Positions 1 to 8,262 of a DNA stretch of 64,000 nucleotides are shown here, in pieces. Origin of the DNA: Candidatus Saccharimonadales bacterium (GTDB lineage: Bacteria; Patescibacteriota; Saccharimonadia; Saccharimonadales; JAYRRP01). How positions within the stretch are numbered: position 1 is the first letter of the stretch; each line of letters starts with the position of its first letter. Where the stretch lies: contig JAYRRP010000003.1 of NCBI GenBank assembly GCA_041910055.1, positions 45,973 to 109,972 on the forward strand, written 5' to 3'. Below the pieces are notes generated by a model that worked only from the letters and a program-made list of their open reading frames with translations, searched no databases and was not told the DNA's origin. The translations under genes and the position numbers were made by a program.

Positions 1-5
1 TGGAA

Positions 6-1376
6 ATGCTGGGGAGAATTAGCGATGTGCTGAACAAGCCGCTCATTAGTCTCACGGGCGGTTCGGTGAATTTAAAAGTCGAGGGCGGCAAGGAACTGCA
101 CGGGAGTATCGCCACAAAAGTATCTAAGAACGCGGCGGTAGCTCTGCTATTTGCTGCTCTACTCAATAAGGGCACGACGCGCTTGAAGCGTATGCCTCGC
201 ATCGAAGAAGTAAATCGTCTTATCGAAGTCCTGGTTAGTATCGGTGTACAGGTAAAGTGGCTCCCGGACAACGATTTGGAAATCAAACCACCTGCTTCGT
301 TGCGATTAGATCACATTGACAAACAGGCAGCCCGAAAAACCAGAAGTGTGCTGATGATGCTTGGCCCCCTCATGCATATGTTTAAAGAGTTCAAGCTTCC
401 CTACGCCGGTGGCTGTAAATTAGGTCGCCGAACTGTAAGGCCACACTTATATGCGCTACAGGAACTTGGTGTGGACATTGCTGCCCGTAATGGCTACTAC
501 CACGTTTCGGTTAACAAAAAGCACGTGGATCAGATTGTCCTCTATGAAGCAGGTGACACTACGACTGAAAATATCCTTATGGCTGCGGCTAGATTCGAGC
601 AGGAGACCGTCATCAAAATGGCTAGCGCTAATTACATGGTGCAAGACCTGTGCTTTTTCTTGAGGAAACTCGGCGTGAAAATAGATGGCATAGGCTCCTC
701 AACGCTGCGGGTGCGCGGTGTGAAAGATATCAAGAAAAATGTTACCTATGCTCCGAGCGAGGATCCGGTTGAATCCATGACGTTTGTAGCCGCGGCAGTG
801 ACAACCAATTCCAAGATCACTGTTACTAGGGCACCAATTGAATTTTTAGAACTGGAGCTACTTAAATTAGAGAAGATGGGGCTTATCATTGAAGTTTCCA
901 ATCACTACAAGGCAGAAAACGGCGAGACAAATCTGGCCGATATTACTGTTCACAAACACAATGGCAAACTGAAGGCACCCGAGGAAAAAATTCATCCTAA
1001 CCCTTATCCTGGCCTTAATATCGATAACCTGCCATATTTCGTTCCAATTGCAGCCGTAGCCAAAGGTCGGACGCTGATACACGACTGGGTCTATGAAGAA
1101 CGAGCGCTCTACTACACCGAGATGCGTAAACTGGGGGTAAACGTTACATTAGCTGATCCGCATCGTGCTTTCATTGATGGTCCTACTACTTTTAACCACG
1201 CTGACATCGTCTGTCCGCCAGCATTACGGCCGGCTGTCATATTGCTTATCGGTATGTTGGCGGCCAACGGTACCTCTATACTTAGTAACGTATATTCAAT
1301 TAACCGCGGCTACGAAGATTTGGCCCAACGACTCAATAGCATCGGCGCTCACATCACTGTATTGCACGAAATTTAA
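6..1376 (+). CDS. murA: UDP-N-acetylglucosamine 1-carboxyvinyltransferase (MurA)
   Basis: 456-aa ORF. KVSKNAAVALLFAALL and the Cys loop PYAGGCKLGRRTVRPH are typical of MurA. The start is 5 nt from the window edge, so the true start could lie upstream. Confidence 0.92.
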   Translation: MLGRISDVLNKPLISLTGGSVNLKVEGGKELHGSIATKVSKNAAVALLFAALLNKGTTRLKRMPRIEEVNRLIEVLVSIGVQVKWLPDNDLEIKPPASLRLDHIDKQAARKTRSVLMMLGPLMHMFKEFKLPYAGGCKLGRRTVRPHLYALQELGVDIAARNGYYHVSVNKKHVDQIVLYEAGDTTTENILMAAARFEQETVIKMASANYMVQDLCFFLRKLGVKIDGIGSSTLRVRGVKDIKKNVTYAPSEDPVESMTFVAAAVTTNSKITVTRAPIEFLELELLKLEKMGLIIEVSNHYKAENGETNLADITVHKHNGKLKAPEEKIHPNPYPGLNIDNLPYFVPIAAVAKGRTLIHDWVYEERALYYTEMRKLGVNVTLADPHRAFIDGPTTFNHADIVCPPALRPAVILLIGMLAANGTSILSNVYSINRGYEDLAQRLNSIGAHITVLHEI

Positions 1377-2653
1377 GCGCTAGCGGTGACTTCTTGCCCG
1401 CGTCTTTTCGGCGACACCCACCTACTGTCAGTCTTGCGTCGCAGTAGTACCTGACTCGGGTTCATCAGGCAACGAAAGATTGCCACTACCTGCACTGCAT
1501 CCATCAGATAAAAAATGAAATACAGCACTGGTGCATAGAAGCTTAAGGCTACCTTTTGACGCTGGCTGTGGTACTCGTCCGGCCAAATATTCCACAAAAT
1601 ATACAGCGTAATAGTCATGTAGGCGCCGATAAACAATTGGGGGGTGTGATATATAAAACTCAAATAGGTAACGTAAGCTAACATAAATGGTTGGAAAATG
1701 AGCATGAGCTCACTGAAGAAGGCCATAGGAATACGGTAAAAGGTAAGCGTTCGGCTATAACGTCGGCTCGAATTAGCCAGTAAGTTTTTATGCTTAATAA
1801 GATTCTGAAGACTGCCGAGTTTCCACCTGTAACGTTGTTTCAATAATGCCCGAAGGGTTTGTACACCTTCAGTCATAGCTACTACGTCAGCTGCATACAC
1901 AATTCTGCTGGCACGATTGCCGCTGGCAACCACCTTCATGCTCAGACCAATGTCTTCAGTTTGGGTATTTGTATCATAAAACATTACACTCTTAAGCACG
2001 TCCTTGCGGTAGGTCGAAGCGACTCCACCGACAATAAATTCACAATTCGTCAGACTATAAAACTTTTTCGAACGATAACCGATCATGTGTTCAAACTTCT
2101 GCAGAAGTCCAAGGATTGTCGGACTGTCCATGATCCTGACATTTGCTGCGACACCAGCAACCTGGGGATCTTTAAAGTACTTCACGGAGTTTCTCACAGC
2201 ATCACGATGCAGGATCGAATCGGCATCCAATGTCATTATCAGTTCACCTTGTGCGTAACGTTTAATACAGTAATTGGCACCCCCGGCCTTACCGGCTTGG
2301 TGTCGACGGTTCACTAAGCGCAAGGCCATTTTGGGATATCGTTTCTGGTAAGTCTTTACCAGTTTCGCTGTTTGATCTGTGCTGTTGTCATTGTGCACTA
2401 TTACCTCAAGTTTGGGATAAGAACTGCGACGAATTGAGTCAAGACAGCGGACAATTACCAATTCCTCGTTATGAGCAGGTACCACTACTGTTACTAAAGG
2501 TCTACGGACCCACAGACGGCGAGGCATCCGTCTCTGGCGTCTAAATTGCCAGATGTCATACATGTTTGCACCGCCAACATAGAGTCCAATGTGTAATAAG
2601 TTTACTGTCCCTAGAGCTACAAAAACTGGGAACACTACTTCGGTCCAATTCAT
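1373..2653 (-). CDS. Processive family-2 glycosyltransferase (PgaC/NodC/cellulose-synthase-like) with N- and C-terminal TM helices
   Basis: Motifs VVVPAHNEE, DADS, TEDIGLS and QRYRW (QxxRW). Start moved to MNWTEV (ATG 2653), which forms an ATGA overlap with the sortase stop. The ORF track's 2716 start would overlap the sortase by 67 nt. Confidence 0.85.
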   Translation of the reverse strand: MNWTEVVFPVFVALGTVNLLHIGLYVGGANMYDIWQFRRQRRMPRRLWVRRPLVTVVVPAHNEELVIVRCLDSIRRSSYPKLEVIVHNDNSTDQTAKLVKTYQKRYPKMALRLVNRRHQAGKAGGANYCIKRYAQGELIMTLDADSILHRDAVRNSVKYFKDPQVAGVAANVRIMDSPTILGLLQKFEHMIGYRSKKFYSLTNCEFIVGGVASTYRKDVLKSVMFYDTNTQTEDIGLSMKVVASGNRASRIVYAADVVAMTEGVQTLRALLKQRYRWKLGSLQNLIKHKNLLANSSRRYSRTLTFYRIPMAFFSELMLIFQPFMLAYVTYLSFIYHTPQLFIGAYMTITLYILWNIWPDEYHSQRQKVALSFYAPVLYFIFYLMDAVQVVAIFRCLMNPSQVLLRRKTDSRWVSPKRRGQEVTASA

Positions 2654-3249
2654 GCTCGTGCTCCTACGAGGTCGAAGGTAAACAAACGCCGGTTCTGGTA
2701 CCATATGCCGGAACAAGTTTGCATGGTTAAAATGGGCTTACCGTGATAGGCAAATAAGGAGTCATCGTTGGGGTTCGTGTCATACGCGGAACGAAAGCTG
2801 TAAGTGAATGTGTGACCATTGTCTGTATGGACAACTACCATGTCACCAGGTTGTAATCGAGAAAGGTTGGCAAAGACTTCACGACGGTTATGACCATAGA
2901 TAAAAGTATTGCCGGCTTGGTTGTTTGCCAGCGCTGTGATAAGTGCATAGTGTGCTTTGTCTTTGCTAAGAGTCCAAGTTTTAGATTTGGCGTTGTAGGT
3001 ACCGTCTGCTACCTGCAAATCCAAACCAAGACGCGGAATCAGCAAACGTGAAGGCTTACCTTGCAACGGTGCTACATCTGCAGTGGCATTTACCTGGGCG
3101 GCTTGCACCTGAGATGCCGTCCCACTGCTAGGTGACAGAGGTTGGCCACGGCCCTGCAAGTAGTGCATCAACGGATCAAATCCCAGCAACAAGCTGGCAC
3201 CAATAAAAAGTACCCCTAAGCTTAAGCGATAGCGTAATTTCACCTTCAT
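2650..3249 (-). CDS. Sortase family transpeptidase
   Basis: N-terminal signal anchor (LSLGVLFIGASLLLGF), catalytic His context IYGHNRR, TLxTC-type motif LTMQTCSG, and a downstream Arg (NRRLFTF). Confidence 0.85.
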   Translation of the reverse strand: MKVKLRYRLSLGVLFIGASLLLGFDPLMHYLQGRGQPLSPSSGTASQVQAAQVNATADVAPLQGKPSRLLIPRLGLDLQVADGTYNAKSKTWTLSKDKAHYALITALANNQAGNTFIYGHNRREVFANLSRLQPGDMVVVHTDNGHTFTYSFRSAYDTNPNDDSLFAYHGKPILTMQTCSGIWYQNRRLFTFDLVGARA

Positions 3250-3253
3250 GAGT

Positions 3254-3290
3254 AAAAAAGGAGGAACTCCGCTGAACGCGGCTTTCCTCC
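3254..3290 (-). terminator. Rho-independent terminator after the LPXTG gene
   Basis: On the minus strand: GGAGGAAAGCCGCGTTCAGCGGAGTTCCTCC followed by TTTTTT. The outer stem is GGAGGAA/TTCCTCC and the inner stem is CCGC/GCGG. Confidence 0.7.
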
Positions 3291-3316
3291 ATTCTTAAAA
3301 TTTAGCAGGTGACCGC

Positions 3317-3496
3317 TTAACCTTTGTAAGCTTTCTTTGCCACCAGGCGAGCCAAGGTCGTAACTGTTACGACGATACCGACAGCCAAAGTAATGGTTGC
3401 CGCAATGGCGAGTGCGCGGTTAGAACCAGTGTTTGGCAACACAATGGCAGCCGCTGTGGTTGTGGTCGCACCAAGTACTACTCCACCTCCGTACAT
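3317..3496 (-). CDS. LPXTG-motif micro-protein (59 aa), putative sortase substrate
   Basis: MYGGGVVLGATTTTAAAIVLPNTG followed by a hydrophobic helix and a KK-rich tail, which is a canonical cell-wall sorting signal. ATG 3496 is preceded by AAGGAG at 6-nt spacing. The ORF track's GTG start (3592) lies upstream of a TATAAT box, so it is probably promoter rather than coding sequence. Confidence 0.6.
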   Translation of the reverse strand: MYGGGVVLGATTTTAAAIVLPNTGSNRALAIAATITLAVGIVVTVTTLARLVAKKAYKG

Positions 3497-3583
3497 CTCA
3501 CGCTCCTTTTGCACATAGGGAACTAACCCCTGTGCCACATTAGTGTTATTACCAGCTACACCCACCGTAACCGTATGGGGTAC

Positions 3584-3611
3584 ATTATACACAATTATGC
3601 TTTTTTGTAAA
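3584..3611 (-). promoter_or_regulatory. sigma70-type promoter TTTACA-N16-TATAAT for the LPXTG gene
   Basis: Read on the minus strand: -35 TTTACA (3611-3606) and -10 TATAAT (3589-3584). Confidence 0.5.
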
Positions 3612-3668
3612 TAATATTATATAATGTTTATGTTTACCCTTGTCTTTCATGCACGTTCAAATAATAAA

Positions 3669-3677
3669 TGTTATAAT
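3669..3677 (+). promoter_or_regulatory. Extended -10 promoter (TGTTATAAT) of the tRNA-Gly/tRNA-Arg pair
   Basis: TGnTATAAT lies 14 nt upstream of the tRNA-Gly 5' end and is followed by the CTCCCCTGTT discriminator shared with other tRNA promoters. Confidence 0.5.
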
Positions 3678-3691
3678 CTCCCCTGTTATTC

Positions 3692-3766
3692 GCGGGTGTC
3701 GTATAACGGCTATTATGCTAGCCTTCCAAGCTAGAAATGGCGGTTCAATTCCGCCCACCCGCACCA
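3692..3766 (+). tRNA. tRNA-Gly (anticodon UCC)
   Basis: Manual cloverleaf: acceptor GCGGGTG/CACCCGC, anticodon stem CTAGC/GCTAG, loop CTTCCAA, T arm GGCGG-TTCAATT-CCGCC, encoded CCA. Confidence 0.9.
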
Positions 3767-3789
3767 GGAAATCAAAATTGCGTTGACGC

Positions 3790-3866
3790 GCCCCGGTAGC
3801 TCAGCTGGATAGAGCAGGACGGTTCTAACGTCAAGGTCGTGGGTTCGAGTCCTACCCGGGGTACCA
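3790..3866 (+). tRNA. tRNA-Arg (anticodon UCU)
   Basis: Acceptor GCCCCGG/CCGGGGT, D arm GCTC-AGCTGGATA-GAGC, anticodon loop GTTCTAA, T arm GTGGG-TTCGAGT-CCTAC, encoded CCA. There is one mismatch at the base of the anticodon stem. Confidence 0.85.
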
Positions 3867-3878
3867 CTTTACTTATGC

Positions 3879-3907
3879 TTGCAACAGTATAGATTTGACC
3901 AGATAAT
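3879..3907 (+). promoter_or_regulatory. Promoter TTGCAA-N17-GATAAT, 8 nt upstream of ATG 3916
   Basis: Hexamers and spacing were read directly. There is no Shine-Dalgarno sequence between the -10 and the ATG. Confidence 0.5.
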
Positions 3908-3915
3908 GGCTGGTA

Positions 3916-5244
3916 ATGAGTGATTTCGAAGAGGAAGATTACTTTAGTGAACAGCAACAATGGAACCAGCGTGCAATCGCTGAACCAAATTTTGATTACT
4001 TCGAAGCCTATAGACCAGACCAGCCGAAAGCTGCTATAGGCCAGTACGTAGCAGATGAAGGGTTCAGTGTACCCCTCATTACCGACCAAGAGGAGTGGAA
4101 AAAAGCTTTTGACAATGGTACCGCCATGCTCCGTAGTGAGCTGCCTCAAGATTATGATGGTTTATCGGGCTTATTGTCTAGTGAGAAGCTGAGAGATTCT
4201 TTGCCTCAGCGATGGGCAGAGGTGCCTGAAGGATTCGTTCATGACCTTGGAGAACTCATACTGAGAGGTTTGCGTAGTGGTGAACTCCACCCTTCAGACT
4301 ACATGAAAAACTTTAGGGGGCCCTACATGAACTGGACTTCTGAAGAAGCTGAATTGGTACAAACAGCTGCCAATTTTGGTGGGCTGGATTATTTGAATAT
4401 GCACAATGCAAGTGCAAGCCAGTGGCACTATATTGAAGGCACCAATGTATCGGTTTTCGCCGATCCGCATGTCGAAGGACGGTATCATTTTGGTGTTGTA
4501 CCTTTTGATCCTGAAAACCCACAGCAATATCAAGGTATAGGCGGCTATCAATTTGAGGCCGACGAGTACGATACGCCAAAACAATTTAGAAAGCATGATC
4601 AACCTTTTGTTGCCTGGCCGTTCGTTGAGTATTATGAGCAAATCCGAAACTTACCACGCTTTGATACAACGCAGTGTCCGGTTCTTGAGTTGCAACAAGA
4701 CGTAGAAGGAAACATACACTTTTTGCAGTACTTAAAAACTGGGCAAAGGAAAGACTATATAGAGCCCTTTGATCTGCCTGTTTCCGAGGATATACTCCAC
4801 ACCACGAATGTGCGAGGGATTACGCCACCTGACGGAAAGCAAATGCGCATGTTTATGGCTCCTAATTTATTGAAGAAAGGCATGGAAGATCAAGCTATTT
4901 TTTGTAGAGTAACAGAGCCCCGGTATTTAGAAGTACAGTTAGCCGCAAAAGCAGCGTCATTTATTTTGCACGAAGCGTATATAAGTTTTCAGGATAATCA
5001 CTTTGATTCTTCGCCCCTATATAGTCCACCGCTGGCTGCCGGCTTAAGTGGAGGCTACGACAGCTCCCAGAAAGTTCGAGAAAAAGTAAGTGCAGTTTTA
5101 GAAGATGCTTCAGTTAGAAGGATTAATCATTTTGACAGGGAGAACGTGGCTTATCTTGATATTCAAGTAACGTCTAATGGTCGTGAAGCTGCCATTGAAA
5201 GCGATTGGGAAGTTAAAGTTATCCCGTATGAAGAAGTAAGGTAG
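3916..5244 (+). CDS. Hypothetical cytosolic protein (442 aa, acidic N-terminus)
   Basis: Long uninterrupted ORF with its own promoter. I recognise no family motif. Confidence 0.7.
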   Translation: MSDFEEEDYFSEQQQWNQRAIAEPNFDYFEAYRPDQPKAAIGQYVADEGFSVPLITDQEEWKKAFDNGTAMLRSELPQDYDGLSGLLSSEKLRDSLPQRWAEVPEGFVHDLGELILRGLRSGELHPSDYMKNFRGPYMNWTSEEAELVQTAANFGGLDYLNMHNASASQWHYIEGTNVSVFADPHVEGRYHFGVVPFDPENPQQYQGIGGYQFEADEYDTPKQFRKHDQPFVAWPFVEYYEQIRNLPRFDTTQCPVLELQQDVEGNIHFLQYLKTGQRKDYIEPFDLPVSEDILHTTNVRGITPPDGKQMRMFMAPNLLKKGMEDQAIFCRVTEPRYLEVQLAAKAASFILHEAYISFQDNHFDSSPLYSPPLAAGLSGGYDSSQKVREKVSAVLEDASVRRINHFDRENVAYLDIQVTSNGREAAIESDWEVKVIPYEEVR

Positions 5245-5285
5245 AAACAGTTGCCAAATTTGTGCACTTAGATTGCACGAGGCTT

Positions 5286-5294
5286 TGTTAAGAT
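5286..5294 (+). promoter_or_regulatory. Extended -10 (TGTTAAGAT), 6 nt upstream of ATG 5301 (leaderless candidate)
   Basis: TGT-TAAGAT-AAGAAA-ATG, with no SD. Confidence 0.4.
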
Positions 5295-5300
5295 AAGAAA

Positions 5301-6137
5301 ATGAGACGTACTGTCCGTACGCAATTGTTGCCAATTGCCCTCACCGTCATTATCTTTTTTTGCCTATGCATATTGCTATGGCTGGAAATCCATTTATTAA
5401 ATAAGTTCACGGCAACGGATATTGAGATACATCTCCGAATCGGTGCCATTCTTGTGGGACTCACTATTTATTTAAAAACATCAATTGATTTTGCTATTTA
5501 TATTGGTCGACTTATGGACAAAAATCCAGGCACCCGAGGCCGTATTGCTATCGAACTCGGTACTGCCCTCGGAAACGCTGCAGGCACCATGATCATTTTG
5601 GCAGTTTGGACATTCTTTAAAGAAATCCGCTGGTTATTGGCGATTATGATATTAATCGCCGCTCTCGTTCTGTTGCGGTTAGCAGAGGAAGGCCTGGAGC
5701 ATGTCAACTCCTCTGAAAAACGCTACTCCCGTCAATTTTACAGATTTGCAGATAAGTTTCATATCGCATTAACCAGGTTCAACCGCGTTTTTGAACCATT
5801 TTTACGACGAATTGTCCCCTCCACAAAAGTAAGTAGCCAACGCGCTATGCAGTTTTTACCGCTTTTATTACTTAGCTTTAGCGTACCGTTTATTCTGGGA
5901 CTTGATGACTTTGCAGGATACGTTCCGCTCTTTAATATTGTCAACGTCTTTGGATTTTCAGTCGGCGTATTCTTAGGCCACATGATATTGAATATGCTGC
6001 TCTACCTTTCACCCCGCCACACTATCGCTGTCGTGAAGAATTCAGTAATATCACTACTTGGCAGTGTTGCCTTTGTCGGATTATCGGCGTGGGGGTTCAT
6101 TGAAGTGGTAAAACTGCTCTTCCTCCACCATAGCTAA
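5301..6137 (+). CDS. Polytopic membrane protein, unknown function
   Basis: 278-aa ORF with multiple hydrophobic helices across its length. Confidence 0.7.
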   Translation: MRRTVRTQLLPIALTVIIFFCLCILLWLEIHLLNKFTATDIEIHLRIGAILVGLTIYLKTSIDFAIYIGRLMDKNPGTRGRIAIELGTALGNAAGTMIILAVWTFFKEIRWLLAIMILIAALVLLRLAEEGLEHVNSSEKRYSRQFYRFADKFHIALTRFNRVFEPFLRRIVPSTKVSSQRAMQFLPLLLLSFSVPFILGLDDFAGYVPLFNIVNVFGFSVGVFLGHMILNMLLYLSPRHTIAVVKNSVISLLGSVAFVGLSAWGFIEVVKLLFLHHS

Positions 6138-6150
6138 CCCTCATAAGTCA

Positions 6151-6159
6151 TGGTATAAT
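6151..6159 (+). promoter_or_regulatory. Extended -10 promoter (TGGTATAAT) of tRNA-His
   Basis: Lies 20 nt upstream of the tRNA and is followed by the CACCCCTGTT discriminator motif. Confidence 0.5.
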
Positions 6160-6179
6160 CACCCCTGTTGAAATTACAT

Positions 6180-6257
6180 GGCGAACGTAGCTCAGTTGGT
6201 TAGAGCGTCGGGTTGTGGTCCCGAAGGCCGTGGGTTCGAGCCCCATCGTTCGCCCCA
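6180..6257 (+). tRNA. tRNA-His (anticodon GUG) with genome-encoded G-1
   Basis: An extra 5' G pairs opposite discriminator C. Acceptor GCGAACG/CGTTCGC, anticodon loop TTGTGGT, T arm GTGGG-TTCGAGC-CCCAT, encoded CCA. Confidence 0.92.
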
Positions 6258-6265
6258 TTAAAAGT

Positions 6266-6294
6266 CCTGAGTTTCCGCTCGGGTTTTTTATTTT
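6266..6294 (+). terminator. Rho-independent terminator after tRNA-His
   Basis: CCTGAG-TTTCCG-CTCGGG hairpin (one G-U pair) followed by TTTTTTATTTT. Confidence 0.65.
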
Positions 6295-6351
6295 GTAAGT
6301 CATGACTCACCCTACTGATGACTCCTCCCTAGAGGCGAAAGAGCAGTTTTT

Positions 6352-6360
6352 TGTTATAAT
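6352..6360 (+). promoter_or_regulatory. Extended -10 (TGTTATAAT), 6 nt upstream of GTG 6367 (leaderless candidate)
   Basis: TGT-TATAAT-AAACAT-GTG. The ATG at 6365 is out of frame and hits TGA immediately. Confidence 0.4.
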
Positions 6361-6366
6361 AAACAT

Positions 6367-8262
6367 GTGAAATTGAGGCGGAATTTGCTGCGCCTATGGC
6401 GCTTTTTTAAACATTATCGTCGACTAGGTTTGGTAATAATATCCATCCTCGTTGCTTTGCCACTTGACTTGCTTGGTTATGACAAGGCTGCTCACATCAT
6501 TCTTATAGTGAGTGCCAGTTTGAATCTTATACCACTCGTCTGGGGCATGCTGCAGGATTTACGTTCTGGACAGTACGGAGTGGATATCCTGGCTGCGACT
6601 GCTATTGCTACCTCGTTAATAATGCGTGAATACTGGGCGGGCATTGTCATCGTATTGATGCTTACGGGAGGCGAGAGCCTGGAGGATTACGCCCAAGGTC
6701 GGGCCAAAACTGAACTCAATGCCTTGCTTGCTCGGAGCCCGAAACAAGCCCATATTCTAAGGGGTCGTAAGACTATTGATGTGCCGGTGGACAAAGTTCA
6801 AGTAGGAGACAAATTACTGATAAAACCAGGTGAAGTGGTGCCGGTAGATGCCACTATACTGGACGGCACCAGTAGTATTGATGAGTCCAGCCTCACCGGC
6901 GAAAGCCTACCGGTAGCAAAAAAAGCGGGAGAAGAAGTGCTAAGTGGAAGTGTAACAATCGATGGCGTCTTAACCGTCCGGGCTCTCCATGCCGCCGAAG
7001 ATAGCCAATTCGAACAAATTATTAAACTGGTGAAAGCGGCAGCTTCCAGCAAGTCGCCCATGGTACGCCTGGCTGACCGTTACAGCATTCCCTTCACCAT
7101 TATCTCTTTTAGTATTGCGATTGCGGCCTGGGTGATAAGTGGCGAGTCAATTCGCTTTCTGCAAGTCCTGGTAGTAGCCACCCCTTGCCCGCTTATATTA
7201 GGAGCGCCAATTGCCCTTATATCAGGTATGAGTCGCGCAGCAAAACATGGAATCATTCTGAAATCTGGCGCGGCACTAGAGCGTTTAGCGGCAGCACGAA
7301 CGATGGGGTTTGATAAAACCGGTACGCTTACTGTTGGTAAGCCAAAAGTTGGAAAAATTAAGACCTTCAATAGTTTCAAGAGTAGCGACGTTCTAAGCTT
7401 AGCGGCGGCCCTCGAGCAAAATTCTACCCACATACTAGCTCGAGCTATTGTTGACTCGGCCAGACAAACCAACATAAAAATCCCGAAGGCAAAACATGTG
7501 CAGGAATTTGCCGGACATGGTCTTCAGGCACGAATTAAAGGCCAGGAGATACTCGTAGGTAGGAGTAGTTTTCTGCAAGAACGGAATGTTGCACTAACGG
7601 ATACAAGTAGCCAGGTACAACAGACTGCTGCTTTCGTGGCAGTCGATGGCAAACTGGCAGGGATTATTAGTTTTGAAGATGAGATCCGGCCAGAAACTGC
7701 ATCAACGTTACGACGCCTTACTGAGCTTGGCATACGGCATTTCTTAATGGTGACGGGGGACAATAAAGCGACTGCCCAGGCAATCGCCAAAAAACTTGGT
7801 ATTCAACAAGTAGTAGCGGAAGCCTTGCCGGCAGATAAGATCCAGGCAATTGAAACTGTTGAGACAAAGCCTGTGGGATTTGTCGGCGACGGTGTCAATG
7901 ACGCACCAGTGTTAGCAACCGCTGATGTTGGTGTGGCATTAGGCGCCCGTGGGTCAACTGCTGCCAGTGAATCTGCCGACGTTGTCATTATGCTTGACGA
8001 CGTATCCTACGTCGCGATTGGCGTCGCGATTGCTAAACGGACCATATACATTGCCAAACAAAGCATCCTGATTGGTATCGCTATCAGCATAGGTCTTATG
8101 TTGGTATTCGCAACTGGACGGTTCAAACCAGTCTACGGTGCCTTGTTGCAAGAAGTTGTCGATATAATCGTTATATTTAACGCACTTCGGGCACACGGTT
8201 CGTGGCGCAAAGATAAACCAAAACTTAGCTCAGCAATTGCAGTGAAGACAGAGCCGCGATAA
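6367..8262 (+). CDS. Heavy-metal-translocating P1B-type ATPase, no N-terminal metal-binding domain
   Basis: Motifs DKTGTLT, TGES, MVTGDN and GDGVNDAP. The TM metal motif reads ATPCPL (TPCP) rather than CPC. No CxxC domain is present. Confidence 0.9.
   Translation: MKLRRNLLRLWRFFKHYRRLGLVIISILVALPLDLLGYDKAAHIILIVSASLNLIPLVWGMLQDLRSGQYGVDILAATAIATSLIMREYWAGIVIVLMLTGGESLEDYAQGRAKTELNALLARSPKQAHILRGRKTIDVPVDKVQVGDKLLIKPGEVVPVDATILDGTSSIDESSLTGESLPVAKKAGEEVLSGSVTIDGVLTVRALHAAEDSQFEQIIKLVKAAASSKSPMVRLADRYSIPFTIISFSIAIAAWVISGESIRFLQVLVVATPCPLILGAPIALISGMSRAAKHGIILKSGAALERLAAARTMGFDKTGTLTVGKPKVGKIKTFNSFKSSDVLSLAAALEQNSTHILARAIVDSARQTNIKIPKAKHVQEFAGHGLQARIKGQEILVGRSSFLQERNVALTDTSSQVQQTAAFVAVDGKLAGIISFEDEIRPETASTLRRLTELGIRHFLMVTGDNKATAQAIAKKLGIQQVVAEALPADKIQAIETVETKPVGFVGDGVNDAPVLATADVGVALGARGSTAASESADVVIMLDDVSYVAIGVAIAKRTIYIAKQSILIGIAISIGLMLVFATGRFKPVYGALLQEVVDIIVIFNALRAHGSWRKDKPKLSSAIAVKTEPR

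Noticed and set aside
3772-4149. 125-aa minus-strand ORF.
   Set aside because: It runs antisense across tRNA-Arg and the start of the 3916 gene. Its sequence is the reverse read of a tRNA, so it is spurious.
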